NCBI RefSeq assembly: GCF_964204645.1
Contig: NC_134036.1
Coordinates: 1,550,001-1,614,000, forward strand
DNA: 64,000 nucleotides
Source of the DNA: Tubulanus polymorphus
Taxonomy: Eukaryota > Animalia > Nemertea
Reading direction: 5' to 3'
Shown: positions 1 to 12,965 of the stretch, piece by piece
How positions within the stretch are numbered: position 1 is the first letter of the stretch
Layout: each line of letters starts with the position of its first letter
Notes under the pieces: model-generated
What the model saw: only the letters and a program-made list of their open reading frames with translations
Database searches by the model: none
What the model was told of the DNA's origin: nothing
Translations under genes and position numbers: made by a program

Positions 1-324
1 CTTATCTCCATCATAGTAAATACAAATGGCACAAATCAGTTTATCGGGACGCACTGCATTGCCTGAAAATTAGATTACAACCTATCACAGAATTGAAGAT
101 GATTGATCCCTGTTAAAATTAGTAAGTCATCGAATTGTTGCAGTTGTCACAATTTTTGAGTCACAAATTTGTAAGTCGTCATTTTAATAAGTCGTTTCAA
201 CTCGATCCCGGCCTCGCTATGAGACTTGACCGAATTCGAATTTATATATGTAATAAACAAATGATAAATAGCTTTGATAGCTTTGATAAAGTTTTTGAGA
301 ACTATTTATAAAATACAAACTTAC

Positions 325-382
325 CCTGAGCTACCAAAACCAACAGAACTGCTGTAACCGTAATAAACTGTATCAGTTCCAT
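325..382 (-). CDS. First coding exon (signal peptide) of an unidentified secreted-protein gene that continues off the left edge
   Basis: Minus strand ATG at 382 reads MELIQFITVTAVLLVLVAQ+G, then G|GTAAGT phase-1 donor at 324; hydrophobic core; TATA and Inr upstream. Confidence 0.7.
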
Positions 383-462
383 CCTGTCGTCTTCCTAAGT
401 CCAGTGACGAAACCGTTTAGATGATCTCTGTAGCGACTGTTACCACAAGAGTTCGAACCACA

Positions 463-492
463 AACTGATCAGTCGGATTGGAGATTTATATA
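463..492 (-). promoter_or_regulatory. TATA box plus initiator core promoter
   Basis: Minus strand TATATAAA at 492-485 and TCAGTT Inr with A at 466 (26 nt spacing), ~85 nt upstream of the signal-peptide ATG. Confidence 0.6.
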
Positions 493-1540
493 GTTAGACC
501 GAGGATACCGTTTAGGCTGATGAAGAATTCGTATTATATTATCTGGATATTGGTGGTAACGGCTTCGCGAGATAAAGAATTCATTTATGCATCTGATTAT
601 TACAAATAAAATGAATTAATCAAGAACACAATAAACTTTATGATAATTTTCGATATATTTCTCAACTTTCATCACACGAATTGAGTGATATTACATAGTT
701 TGGAGATTGGTAACGGTTTTAACGAGATTATGACTTAAATTTATATCCATTATTACAATTAAAATGAATTAATGGAAAATTCAATTCTAGTCTAGATAAC
801 TTTTATTATATTTTCAATTTTCTTTGTTGCATTCTGTTTGTAGGATAAAAGGCGTTGCTAACGGAAAAAAAACCCAAATTAACGGACAAAAATTAAAATT
901 TTCAGAGCGAAGGAGCTGTAATTGTTGAGAGTCAACGGTTACAATTCGTCGAGTTAAAGAATTCATTTTTATAAGCAACAAGACTTAAAATCCTATGAAT
1001 CGACATTGAATCGACATTGCCTGAGTGTAGGGGGCGTATGTTATAGAGATATATTGTGAAATATTGGAATTCGTTTTAAATCTGTTTGTGTCGGCGGCAC
1101 TAGTCGTTTTCTCAATCCGGTGCTTGTCCATCGCGGGTTGTGCGAATATAAAAAAAAAACAAATTTAGCCAAAACCCAGCTATAGCGATGTGAGTTATGA
1201 ATCTGTAAGTGCATTTGCTGTCATGATTCTGTTGAAGACCACATGGGCCACATGGACACCACGCAGTGAGACTTGGTCCAAAACTATTTGACAATAGTCT
1301 ATGCTGCTCACTGATAATTGACGCCGCCATTTTTGCAAGTGACACTATTTACATCGGTTAGAACACCCATTGTCTACCACGAGATTTTCTTTTTTTTTTG
1401 ATGTTGCAGTGGAAAAAAATGTTTTAATCATCATTTGTATCTATTGTTAAACCGGTCACAATCATCTCCTTATCGGTCCCTGGCGAGAGAACAAGTCCGC
1501 GCACAAACCCAAATAATTAACTATAAATACCGGAATTCTG

Positions 1541-1860
1541 ATTGATGATGATAATATAAATGAAGTTTATTTACCTTAAACGGTTTGTTATGATCGTCCA
1601 GCCAAAAAATACTATCCATGACTAAGAGTAAGAAATATTAAAAAGATACGTCTTAAGTTGAGATCTAAAAGAATCTAGACCTGGACTAAAATGTAAATAT
1701 GGTGGTAATTTATTCCAAAGATATGGAGCACAGTAATAAGAGGCCCTATGACCAGCGGATAAAAGTTATAAAAAGATTCTGAATGTTTGCCAGATAATGC
1801 AGCAGAAGAACCGAGAAAGGATTATTCTTACACCAGGCTGATTTATGGTCAGCGCCGATA
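1541..1860 (-). mobile_element. 3' fragment of an L2/CR1-clade LINE
   Basis: Minus strand 1753-1622 reads GHRASYYCAPYLWNKLPPYLHFSPGLDSFRSQLKTYLFNISYS*, the typical ORF2 C-terminal APxLWNxLP...FKxxLKTxLF motif, followed by a short ATT/ATC-type tail. Confidence 0.75.
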
Positions 1861-3801
1861 GATTAAATCATCAAACAACAACTTGCTTACTACCATCGTT
1901 TGTTGTATGACACCCATTAATAACCACCAACGCATACAGGAAATTAACATTATTACAAACATTTTTAGTTCCTACGAAATCTTGCTGCGGATCACTGCTT
2001 AAAAAATAAGGGGCGATGGAAAAAAATAGAAATATATTTTTCTTAATAGCTAGAATCGGAAAAATGCCTACCAATAAATAGACGCGGTCCCGACTGGAAG
2101 CGTGGTCCATCCACCAATAGCTACCGTAAAGGTTGATTGGAAGGGGGTTATAGGGGAGGGGGAGGGGAGGTTGCAGCGTAAACAACGAGCTTAACAATAC
2201 ACGACAAGAATGACGTCACACACATATCTCTCAGGTCACGCATTGAGCGCCCACCCGGACACGAAGCGACCACATTTTCGTGACATCTCGGAGATGAGAA
2301 TAGAGTAACACGACACTGGGAATCGTCTGCCCTGCGATCGACAGCGGGTCGCGCGTGATGCCGCCGTTAACTTCGCGTGTTGAACGGGAACCTTAATCCG
2401 ATCACAATCAGCTGTCAATTAACGATGATTGTTTATTATATATTTATAAATATCTAGATATATATTAATATTTCTATTTATCTGTAGTTGGCGTTATGTT
2501 CGTCGGGCAAATACCGGGTGATCATTGGTTGAAATGTGTAAAGCAATGAAAGATCATTCTCATTATCGTCATCAATATCATTATCATCCTCGGGTTATCC
2601 TCGGGTTATCCTTGGGTTATCGTCGGGTTATGCTCGATTATCCACGGATTATTCTCAAATCGTCCTCAAAAAAAAATTTGTCAAAAAATAAGTTTTTTTC
2701 TTACTGTGTGAGGGTAAGTTCTCGAATCACGTGCGTTTCGCAATTTACGTTAATTGGTTCTATTCGAGCGCCTCTTATCTGATAGATTCGAACCCCGGAT
2801 TAAGGGGTGTCTAGTCGTTATTTTTCTGTGAAGTGTTTAAAAAATAGGTCACGGTGTCACTTTACACCGGGAAGTCGTCTGCGGTGGAATGTATGTTTAA
2901 AACGACCGAACGCGGACAGCGTTAAGTAGCGTTAAGTAACGTTAACGCTTAAAACATTGCGTTCAACGACGTGAACTACAGTACTTCAAGCGTTTTATCG
3001 TTACTTAAATCCGTAACGTCAACAAATTGCTTTTTACGTTACCGATACAGGCGTTTCCTGACGTTACTGGTGTAATTGTCCGTTTCGAGCACTTAGGTTC
3101 CAGCGTTCGTTTTCTTCAAATTACACCCCATGTGACGTCAACGTTCGTAACGTTGATTGGACGCAAGGTATACCAGCCGCAGCGTCGACGTTTGCGGTGA
3201 ATATAAACGTCACTTGCGTTGAACGGCGGTGACAACTGTTGACGTTACGTTACGTTACGTTATTCGAAGCGGGGATTTATATACGTATTGTTAGACATTC
3301 ACTTGACGAGGAAACCAAATGAAGCGCAACAATTGAACGGGCTGTAAATCGAATTGTTGAAAAGAAATAAAAACGGCTCGAAGAAGAAAACGAAACATTG
3401 ACGGAAAAAGAAAAATCGAAAAGTAAAAAAAAAAGCGCGCGACGTGTGAAAATAAAAAGAAATCGATTTAATCCCGGTTTTAGTAGACGGCGGCAACAGA
3501 AGACAACGAACTTAACGTAGGCAGCGTTTAATACACGGCAACGTTTAATCTTAAGTGGATTCACGTAAAATTGATAACGCGACAGCGGGAAAGGGAGCCG
3601 CATTGAGAATGAGTTTAAAAATGAAGTTACGGACATGTCTAGTGCACGCGCTGTTTATCGGAACGATATTACCGGCGCCGATCGAGGTAGGAAGATTAAT
3701 TATTTATAATATTTAAAGTAAAAATATTCAAATTAGGGTATCGTGTATAGTATTTTATAAATTCGACGAGGTTTGGTGAATATAATCATAGACAGCCTTT
3801 A

Positions 3802-4021
3802 GGCTAAACAAAAATGATACCTTGTTTCTCCGCAGCGGCCGGGTCATTTTTATAAAATATGATAACATTTGTAAACAGTTCATTTCTATAGCGGCCGGGT
3901 CTGTTATGGTAAAATTGATCACGATTTAAAAAAAAGTAATGTATAGGGTAGATAGGCGGCCGGCCGGGTCAACATTTAAGCTCAGCAGAGCGGAGAAACG
4001 AGGTATCAATTTTTTTTGGCC
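3802..4021. mobile_element. Tourist-like (PIF/Harbinger) MITE
   Basis: TIRs GGCTAAACAAAAAATGATACCTTGTTTCTCC / GGAGAAACGAGGTATCAATTTTTTTTGGCC; TTA on both sides; relatives at 22823-23043, 27171-27471, ~50200-50390 and ~22650-22717. Confidence 0.8.
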
Positions 4022-5089
4022 TTATATCGCTTTCTGGTCATAGTTCGCACAACCGGCATAACTCAAACTCCGTGCAATTAATTAGACTATATTTAATTTG
4101 AAATTTGGAAATTCTCATTGAAAAAAAAAATTCGTTTTATCGAAAAAAATATATCTATTGATTGAATAACTAATTATTGGAAGACAGTAATATGATAAAT
4201 ATGATAATATGAATAATATGATAATGAACGGTGAAAAATCCGATATCTTTTCAAATAAGAAATATTTACGAGACCTTATATTTCGAATTGCTTCAAGTTT
4301 ACTTGATCACAAAAATATATTGATTACAAATATCAAACAATTCGAATAAATTATCGTTGGCATAAGATTTCAAAGGACAATATTTTAATATTTTCGGATA
4401 GAAAAATATTTATAGAAGTAAAAATTTGGAAATTTTTTTTCTTTGTGGAGAAATGAATAAAGGAATAGAAATTCGAAATGATTGTTCACTGAAGAAATGA
4501 TTCCATAAGTTCCTTTCTTTGAGAAATGAATAAAGGAATAAACATTCCCGAAAGAACATTACCTCGCACTTTTCGGAACGATTAAAACTTCTTTTAGTTC
4601 ATCTTCCGAAATATATTCTAAATGAAAATTTTTCGATATCGAGCGTTTTTCAAATATGTTCTCTAGAGATATCATGCAAGAAAAAAAATATGTCTATTTT
4701 AGAATTTTCTCATCCCGTTACGTTTGCCGAGGTTTTTATAAAAAGTAAGAAAAAACTACCGATTGTCGTTGAAATTCGACCTACTAAAACCTTTCGGAAT
4801 AGATTAGACACATTCCCTCCTAATAACCCCCGCCACGCACTCCAGGCCCCTAGAGAAAGCAAAAACTCCTATGCTGAAAATGATTTAGAAATTGCGAATC
4901 ACGAACTACGTGAAAAAGTGAGAGAAAGTAATTTCATGTTTTCCACGTCGCTAATAAACAACAGCAGCAACAGGTCAGACACGGCGAGAAACCTAGCGCT
5001 GTATACCTGCCAGCAATTAATTGTTATTGCGCACGATTGTCACTAGTTGTTAAAGTCAAGAGGGCAACTTCACCTAGAATTATAGATTA

Positions 5090-5320
5090 TAGAGATGGGT
5101 GAGAGAGAGGGGGAGAGAGAGGAGGAGAGAGAGGGGGAGGGGTAGAGAGAGAGAGGGGAGGGTAGAGGGGAGATGAGTTGAGAGAGGGTTGAGATGGGTG
5201 GGAAATAGTAGGTTGAGGGCAGGGGGAAGAGAGAAAAGAGAGGTGCAAAGGAGGAGAGATGAGAGAAGGGGGAGAGAGGAGAAAAAGGAATGGCAGGAGG
5301 AAAGTAAGAGGATAGAAGGC
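5090..5320. repeat. GA-rich low-complexity tract
   Basis: Degenerate GAGA/GGGA purine run. Confidence 0.85.
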
Positions 5321-5697
5321 AAAAATCTAAAACTGATTAAGTAAAAGGACCACCAAAAAGTCTGTTTTTAAACACCATCGTTTGATAACGATTATTCAAC
5401 TAGAAATGATAAGAGTTGTTGAGTGAACGAATGATAACCGGGCGTCAAACGCTTTTTGAAGACGTCAGGATGAAAGAGATACCTCTTACTATCGAGGAGC
5501 AGACATCAGTATGATCAATATTAGAGATATCGAGTTCCACAGTTGTGTGGGTTTTAAACCAAAGCCAACTGCAAGCAGCCATAAAAATGTGATGTCACAG
5601 ATAGTGAAGAGTTAATTTGGATAATTAAATAATTCGCTTATCAGCGAAATTAAGCTCGACTTTTTCCAGAACTTAAACTTGAAAAATTCGTTAGTTT

Positions 5698-5710
5698 AGC
5701 AGCAGCGCAG

Positions 5711-5741
<31 letters not shown>

Positions 5742-6038
5742 ACCAGCAGCAACAGGAGCAACAGCAGCAGCAGCACCAGGAGCAGCTGCAGCAGCAGCAG
5801 CAGGAGCAGCAGCAGCGCAGCAGCAGCAGCAGCACCAGCAGCAGGAGCAGTACCAGCAGTAGTAGCAGCAGCAGCACCAGCAGCAGCAGCAGTAGCAGCA
5901 GTACCAGCAGTAGCAGCACCAGCAGCAGCAGCAGCAGCAGCAGTAGCAGTAGTACCAGCAGGAGCAGCACCAGCAGCAGCACCAGTAGCAGCAGTACCAG
6001 CAGCAGCGGCAGCACCAGTAGCAGCAGCAGCAGCAGCA
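5698..6038. repeat. Imperfect (CAG)n microsatellite
   Basis: CAG/CAC/TAG triplet run; explains the poly-L/C ORF. Confidence 0.95.
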
Positions 6039-6360
6039 ATGCTATGATTTGTATTTGTAAATTCCAGGTTAATACCGTGTATAGCGAGGCCGTCAATAAC
6101 AAAAAAACAACACTCTCTCCGTGAAGCTCATGGAGCTCAGCACGCAATGTGTCACATCACAACCATCATAATCTCTCTTCTGCTCACACGATACAATAAT
6201 TGTTTTGACGTAGCTTTTTTCTCGCCAGATCGAATGATGATGATGTTTGTAATAAACAAATTGCAACGAACACATTTTAGATTCAGTTTTTCAGTTAGAT
6301 ATTTTACATTACTATATATACCGGTACAAGAAAATATCGATTGAACATCGTTCCGCCTAA

Positions 6361-6752
6361 TGTATATTTCAACTTGAGACCACATCATTTGTGTTGAATG
6401 ATAAAAAAAAAAATCTTCACTGAAATGGGTTAAATGAAGAGAAGTGACTCTACGATTTGAAAGTTTAACAATATATGTCTCCATGCCTACATACCAAACT
6501 TCAGTTGGTAGGCATGGAAATATGATATTGTTAAACTTTCAAATCATGGGGTCTCTTTTGTCTCTTGAACCTCTCTCAATGCAGATTTTTTGGATATATC
6601 CTTCATTACAGTTTAAAATGGATTAAAAATCAATGTTTTAGGTCTAATGCCAGCCCTTTCTGGTCCTAGTAAGACTTCTATCTGGTATGTACTACAAATA
6701 AACTGACTGAGCTAGGCCATGTGATGTGCGTTCAGGTCAAGTTGAAATAGAT
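6361..6752. mobile_element. Foldback/palindromic MITE, copy 1 (left arm internally deleted)
   Basis: Central ~130-bp hairpin (CCATGCCTAC...GTAGGCATGG); termini TATTTCAACTTG / CAAGTTGAAATA; second copy at ~11951-12309. Confidence 0.65.
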
Positions 6753-7083
6753 ATTAGAACTCAAATCCGAACTAAGTTATTATTACTTTTAGCTGATATT
6801 TTAGCAGTTATTGTTCAGGTAATGGCTTTTTAAAGATATATTTTCAGGTATTTTTTCTCACGTAAAAGATATTTCGTTCATCCATCATGCTTAGATATCT
6901 CGCGCGTGTGAACTGCCGAGATTTGCCGAGATTTCATTTCTACGACTGTCAGTACTAATTTTAATTGATGGAAATAATGCTTAATGACGCTTAACCTAGA
7001 TAGATTCATCTCCGACGTTAATCATAGCATTTTAGAAAAAAGGGCCGGGATTAAAATGTTTAAATGGCAAGCACATATGATTT

Positions 7084-7225
7084 GTGAAACTGGGTCGAAC
7101 CCATACAAGTTTGGAATTAGGTAAAATAAAACCCACACAACTGTGGAACTGGATTCAGAGTCAAATTAAACCCACACAACTGTGGAACTGGATCCACAGT
7201 GAAATTGAACCCACACAACTGTGGT
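7084..7225. repeat. 39-bp tandem repeat (same family as 32960-33539)
   Basis: AAACCCACACAACTGTGGAACTGGATTCAGAGTCAAATT units, ~3.5 copies. Confidence 0.85.
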
Positions 7226-9098
7226 CCCTAGAACTGAGGTCCCTAGAGTCTAAAACCCCAGACCAGGTCGAGAAGGACCTGTGGAACTAGTACCAGAAAT
7301 CAACGTTGAGCTGAACTTTGTGAGAGTAAAGCCGTTGTTAGAGTAATGACCTTGATAGGGTGGGTCGAGTTGACCTAGCATTTGAATGTGTTAATTATCT
7401 CAATATCGCTATGTACTTATATATGATATCATCCCTATATCACCCTGACAGACGATAATTTAACGCCGGTCACATGACGAGACAATGACCGGTAAGGACT
7501 GATTAACCACGATGGTAATTTGACAATAAAGATAAAATCTACGAATCTATCTCAAATGTGATACAATAATTAAGAATTAGAGATTCATGATAATATCGAT
7601 AATTTGTGATAATTTGTGATAATTCTAGCGGGTGGAATTTCACAATAACTCGAAGACTCCTTTTGACTTCTGAAATTCATTTCATAACTTGCGCACAAAT
7701 AATTACTTTTATCCTCTTCATTAGAACACTCAAGTCTTAAAGCGACTTCGTTAATATTCTGAATTTGAAATTGTCGGCATTGTCGACAAGTTAATATAGT
7801 TCGGCAATAAATCCTCCTAATTGTTGACTTAAGTGATATATAGGTCGGTAATTTGAAACCGAACCACTCACTTCATTAAAGAAAACCCACCACGATGGAA
7901 CTATATTGACCTATTCTGGACTTGATGAGTATCGATGGTCAGAATTGTAGCCCCGGGAGGCTGGGAAGTGACCGGTAACACATCCGAATTCATGACTCAT
8001 TCACTACAATCATTATCTCTCGGGCAATTAACGAAATTAATTATTAATTCGATAAATATAACCTATCGTCGTCGTTTCGTCGCATCGACCTGCGTTCGCG
8101 AATAGGGTTTTAGTATATGTTTATCGATCGGAATTGAAATACGAAACATCGATGTATAAACTATACAGAAACTATGTGGGTCACTATTGGGTGCGGAGTC
8201 GACAGAATTAAATTCTTCACTGATATATGAAAATTGACTGAATATCAGTTACCCCACTAGATGGCGTACCTAACAGTTGGACAAGTCGATCATTTTCGTC
8301 AACCATAAAGTAACGATGCAAGTTTAATTGTTACCAAGTCACTTATATCGACTGTTTAACTCTAACCAGCTTCTGTGCAACATGCAGCCCTTCATATCCG
8401 GCCCAAGATTTTTCTTAAATTCCGTTGACTTTATAGAAGAAATCAGATCTATTCCTAAGGCGTCGTCGTTGTCCTACTGCACACTAACGCCGCCTGGTGA
8501 TTCTTTCTTGCCACAAGTTAAATCCTCGATTGCCACTGAGTCGATTGCTGAGTACATCCTCATCATTAATAAAATATTGCAATCGGTCACGTAACGCTAA
8601 CCTGTCCATTCTCGTAACGCCAACCAGTCCAGCTCTGAATATTCATCTAACCAATAATAAAACGGTCTCGAATAGCCGTCAGATATTTCGGACAATGAAA
8701 TGTGTGAGATTCATTAAATGGCCCGGCACGTCTGGTTTCGCATAATTACCGGACTCGAACCCGCTGTAAAATCTGGTCGCTACGTGACTTTGAAATTCAA
8801 TCGGCTACAATTATCATCGTTACAATAGACAAGACGGTTATATAATGTAGATGATGTTAGTTTTGAATTATTCGAATCCGAGGCGTAATTCTCGACTGTT
8901 ACAGGGATTCGAACCTCACGCCGATTTATATAATTACATGTAAACTTCCATGCAGGGATTCAGAAGTGATGCCGGAATTGACTGAAACTCTTCTGCGGTC
9001 TGGTTGCTTAAAATACCATAGTTACAATGAACTCATTATGTCGACAAACCACTCAGATAGGTAAACTCTCAAACCCACTTTTGAGCAACAAACACTGA

Positions 9099-9234
9099 GG
9101 GCCTAGTTTCACGAAAAAGTGTTATGCCTAAAACGGTAAACTTTGAATATTGTTGTCCTCATTGAAAACATGAAGTAACCAATTCAGCAATTACACCCAA
9201 ATTTTGAGTTGGACTTTTTGATGAAACTAGGACC
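9099..9234. mobile_element. Harbinger-like MITE (GGGCC..GTTTCACGAAAA termini)
   Basis: Terminal inverted repeats; homologous copy at ~28287-28417; related ends at 49554-49656 and ~43164-43322. Confidence 0.7.
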
Positions 9235-10776
9235 TAGCCCCTGCTGTTCCACGAAGCTGGTGGAAGCGAGTTCGGGTAGCGATACCGGACCCCCTGGCAA
9301 TCGATTCCAGCCACAACCATATCTTGTGTTGCTTTCATATGTTCAGGTTAAATTAATTAATGCCTGTTTTAACTAAACGTTTTGACAGCTGAAGAAGTTT
9401 TTGAAAACATCACTTTCAAGTGATTTAGTTTTTCAAGTCAACCGGTTTCAGTTTTCAACCGACGTAGCTGTTGAATTGCTTGCTCTCAGGGGTGTTATAA
9501 CATCGTGTTTGAGTTTGAGAGAGAAGCCGAAAAAAAGCAAATTGTAGTAAGCAAACAAGCTTCAACTTCTTCAGGATATCACGCCGTTCATGCTATAACG
9601 TATCACCCGAGTGTCCCCTGGGTACGTAAAATGAAGACAAAGCCATCGTTAAAAGCGAATAAAAACAATTAACTAGAATCTCAAGAACAACCAGCTCATC
9701 CGCGCTCGTACGAATTCAAAAAAAATAACCGTACGCACTGTTGTCAAAGATGAAAGACTCGTTGCTTACTCAACGCCGCTGGCATAACGGCTTTTACTAC
9801 AGATACGATTAATTATACCCTGTCGTATGGTAAATAAAATCGAATCAGAACTGTGGAATCTCTTTATTGATCTTCACAACGGCGTCCTTTACTAAGATGC
9901 AATCCCCCAAGAGACGCCCCCTATATTGCTGGTGGGTTTTAAGAAGATTCAGTATGGTCAAGATCGATTTCATTTGTAATTTTTTTACAACGGCTACATT
10001 CCAAATGTAGTTAATTCCTAATTCATGGTGACGAGGATTGTCGTCGCAAGGCACACCAGGATAGATCCTTGTTTAAAGTATGCACCATGCAAAAGCGGGA
10101 TTTCATATATTATTTCAACAAACTTTGCCAGTGGCACCACACCCAAACAACTGCAAAACAACGCTTAACGTAACTTTCGTATTCAAGAAATGCCCATCCA
10201 TGAATCGCTTTCGCACGCAGAATTTTTATAATTGAATATCAAATTTGCATTGCCTCTGACGTCATCGAATAGCTGATTAAGTTTTGGCCGGCCGCGCCTA
10301 ACATTGTGTATAAAATTGTCTCGAAGAATTATTGAAACTAAAATTACAATCCTTTCTTCTTTCATGCTGCTGAAAATTGTGTTCTCTTGACAAATTGGAA
10401 AAGTCGGTGATCATAGTTCTATTATATTATTAGTTTCCCGTGCCCATAAATTGTGTTCGTTTCAAATGACAAATTAGAGAGCTAGCTTCGTCGACACAAA
10501 CATCACGACTTACAAACTCTTATTTGACAACGTGCGTGGCATGAAAGTTCAACCTTTGAAAGATATCTAAATGGAAGGATCTTTAGTACAGTTTTACATC
10601 TTAAGACTTGGAACGAGTTTACCACACGGCCGGGGATACCTTCTAAACCAGAGGATACCTTACCGGGTCATACCATACCGGGGATACCCTTCCACCATTG
10701 AAACCTTACCATTCCGGGCATACCATACACCCATCTCAATGCCAGGCTAAAGTAGGAGTTTCAGTGATGCGCTTAA

Positions 10777-11036
10777 GACTCTGCCTCTTACTGCAGTTGA
10801 GACTGGTAAAGTTCTACCCCGAGTTGGTATCAAATACTGAGTAAGAGTTTGTGAAATACAGTAGACTCTGTATCTTACCGCGGTAAAGTTGAGACTGATA
10901 AAATTCTACCCCGAGTTGGTATCAAATACCGAGTAAGAGTTTGTGAAATACAGTAGACTCTGTATCTTACCGCGGTAAAGTTGAGACTGATAAAATTCTA
11001 CCCCGAGTTGGTGTCAAATACTGAGTAAGAGTTTGT
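10777..11036. repeat. 92-bp tandem repeat, ~3 copies
   Basis: TTCTACCCCGAGTTGG recurs at 10812, 10904, 10996; same family at 12589-12965 and ~26690-26795. Confidence 0.9.
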
Positions 11037-11324
11037 TAGGCCTAGAACTAGTTGAAATGCACGGTGAAATAAATAGACGTTTGTTTCCGTCTCGGTTGTC
11101 TCAGCCAGTATCAACTGAAAAAACGTTGTAATATGGATTCCTAAGTTTCACGGCTGACGAACAAACATAATAGTTGTAACTGTTTGCACGCGTGTGCATT
11201 ACTGAGGCTTATAGGAGAAAGTGGAAAATGGAGATGTGACGGGCAGCGGGGAGATGGAGGAGAGAGGGCATATGCGCATGGTGTTCTGCTGAGCAAGGTC
11301 CTCCTAACTTAAAGGGTATCTCAA

Positions 11325-11548
11325 TAATAGATCGATGACCACACTCAAACGTGGTGAACGGATAATAAGATAAAATCCCACTATTTACAGATTAAAAGAA
11401 TTTAAAAACCATAATTTTTTTATTCAATCTAAAATATATAAAAAACACGACGTTTCGATCTCAACCTATAGAGATTAGATTGAATAAATAAATTCTTGTT
11501 TTTAAATTCTATTAATCTGTAAATAGTGGGTTTTATCTTATTATCTGT
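11325..11548. mobile_element. Palindromic Penelope-like element, family A, centre deleted
   Basis: Inverted arms match 62937-63224; only the GAAACGTC half of the hammerhead remains (minus strand ~11445-11463). Confidence 0.7.
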
Positions 11549-11950
11549 TACGAAACATCACATTTTTAAGGCCTACATCATCCTGACGTCACTTGCGGTG
11601 CTTGCATCCCATCTGATGATCACTTGCAATAAGAGTGGAGATTTATTTTTGGATATTCGTGATAATACTTTGGGATATTCCTGCTGAAGATAGTTCGAAA
11701 CGTCGAATAACTATTTTCACAAGGACATTGGTTTTTATAATTAGAAATAACTAATGAGTTATATCTATATCTAATTCAATAGTTCTGTTAGTAATTACCC
11801 AGTTCACTCTTCACTAATTACAGACTACTCTTCCCTTTTTCAATACTGTTGTTTCCTGATTGACTCTACTAATTTTCCTGATGAACAATTTTAATAATCC
11901 AAATTGATTGAGAGGACATCAGGTGGCCTTGCTCAATCATACTTGATATC

Positions 11951-12309
11951 GTGTCTATTTCAAATTGACTTGAGGAGAACACATCAGGTGGCTTAGCCCA
12001 GTCAGTTTCGGTGGTACATACCTGACGTAGGACTCAATAGGACTAGAATAGACTGGCAGTTGACCTAAAACATTGTTTTTAATCCATGATATATACGCTG
12101 TTATTGGTGGTTCGAAAAAGTCTTCATTGAAAATTGAAAGGGGATCATGAGAGAAAAGAGACTCCATGATTTGAAAGTTAAACAATAATATGTTTCCATG
12201 CCTACACACCAAACTTCAGTTGGTAGGCATGGATACATATTATTGTTAAATTTTCAAATCGTGGAGTCTCTTTTCTCTCATGGATGATCAACACAAGTTG
12301 AAAATACAT
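11951..12309. mobile_element. Foldback/palindromic MITE, copy 2 (right arm internally deleted)
   Basis: Hairpin 12147-12281 with loop ACACCAAACTTCAGTTG; left arm is the reverse complement of the right arm of the 6361-6752 copy. Confidence 0.65.
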
Positions 12310-12588
12310 TATTTAGTAGCCAAAGCTTGTAAGTCTAATGATATCCAACTGACTACACCTACACAGGGTACTATTTTTGTTTAGGTATATAGAACTGCTC
12401 GCGCACGAACTGATAATTCATCACAATAGTTTCTCTCTCCTGCTAGAAACGTCAACCTTGATTGACACGTAACGTTTAACCGCAATTAATCTAATTAAAC
12501 TTGATGTCGTCCGTTAATTGCTCTGCAACGAAACATGTGCACGATTTGAAATAGCGTGCGAGACAATTAGCGAGCGCTAGTATCTTGC

Positions 12589-12965
12589 AATTCTATCCAG
12601 AGTTGGTGTCAAATACTGAGTAAGAGTTTGTGAAATACAATAGACTCTGTCTCTTACTGCGGTAAAGCTGGTAAAATTCTACCCCGAGTTGGTGCCAAAT
12701 ACTGAGTAAGAGTTTGTGAAATACAGTAGACTGTCTCTTACTGCGGTAAAGTTGAGGCTGGTAAAATTCTACCCCGAGTTGGTGTCAAATACTGAGTAAG
12801 AGTTTGTGAAATACAGTAGACTCTGTCTCTCTCTTACTGTGGTAAAGTTGAGACTAGTAAAATTCTACCCCGAGTTGGTGTCAAATACTGAGTAAGCGTT
12901 TGTGAAATACAGTAGACTCTGTCTCTTACTGCGGTAACGTTGAGACTGGAAAATTCTACCTCGAG
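12589..12965. repeat. 92-bp-family tandem repeat, ~4 copies
   Basis: GAGTTGGTGTCAAATACTGAGTAAGAGTTTGTGAAATACAGTAGACTC units. Confidence 0.9.

Noticed and set aside
5650-6147. Poly-L/C ORF, and similar poly-Q/A/S/C ORFs at 36420-36851 and 61385-61804
   Set aside because: Translations of (CAG)n microsatellites, open in several frames with no splice or domain support.
9845-10365. Two adjacent minus-strand ORFs suggesting a pseudogene
   Set aside because: No recognisable domain in any frame.
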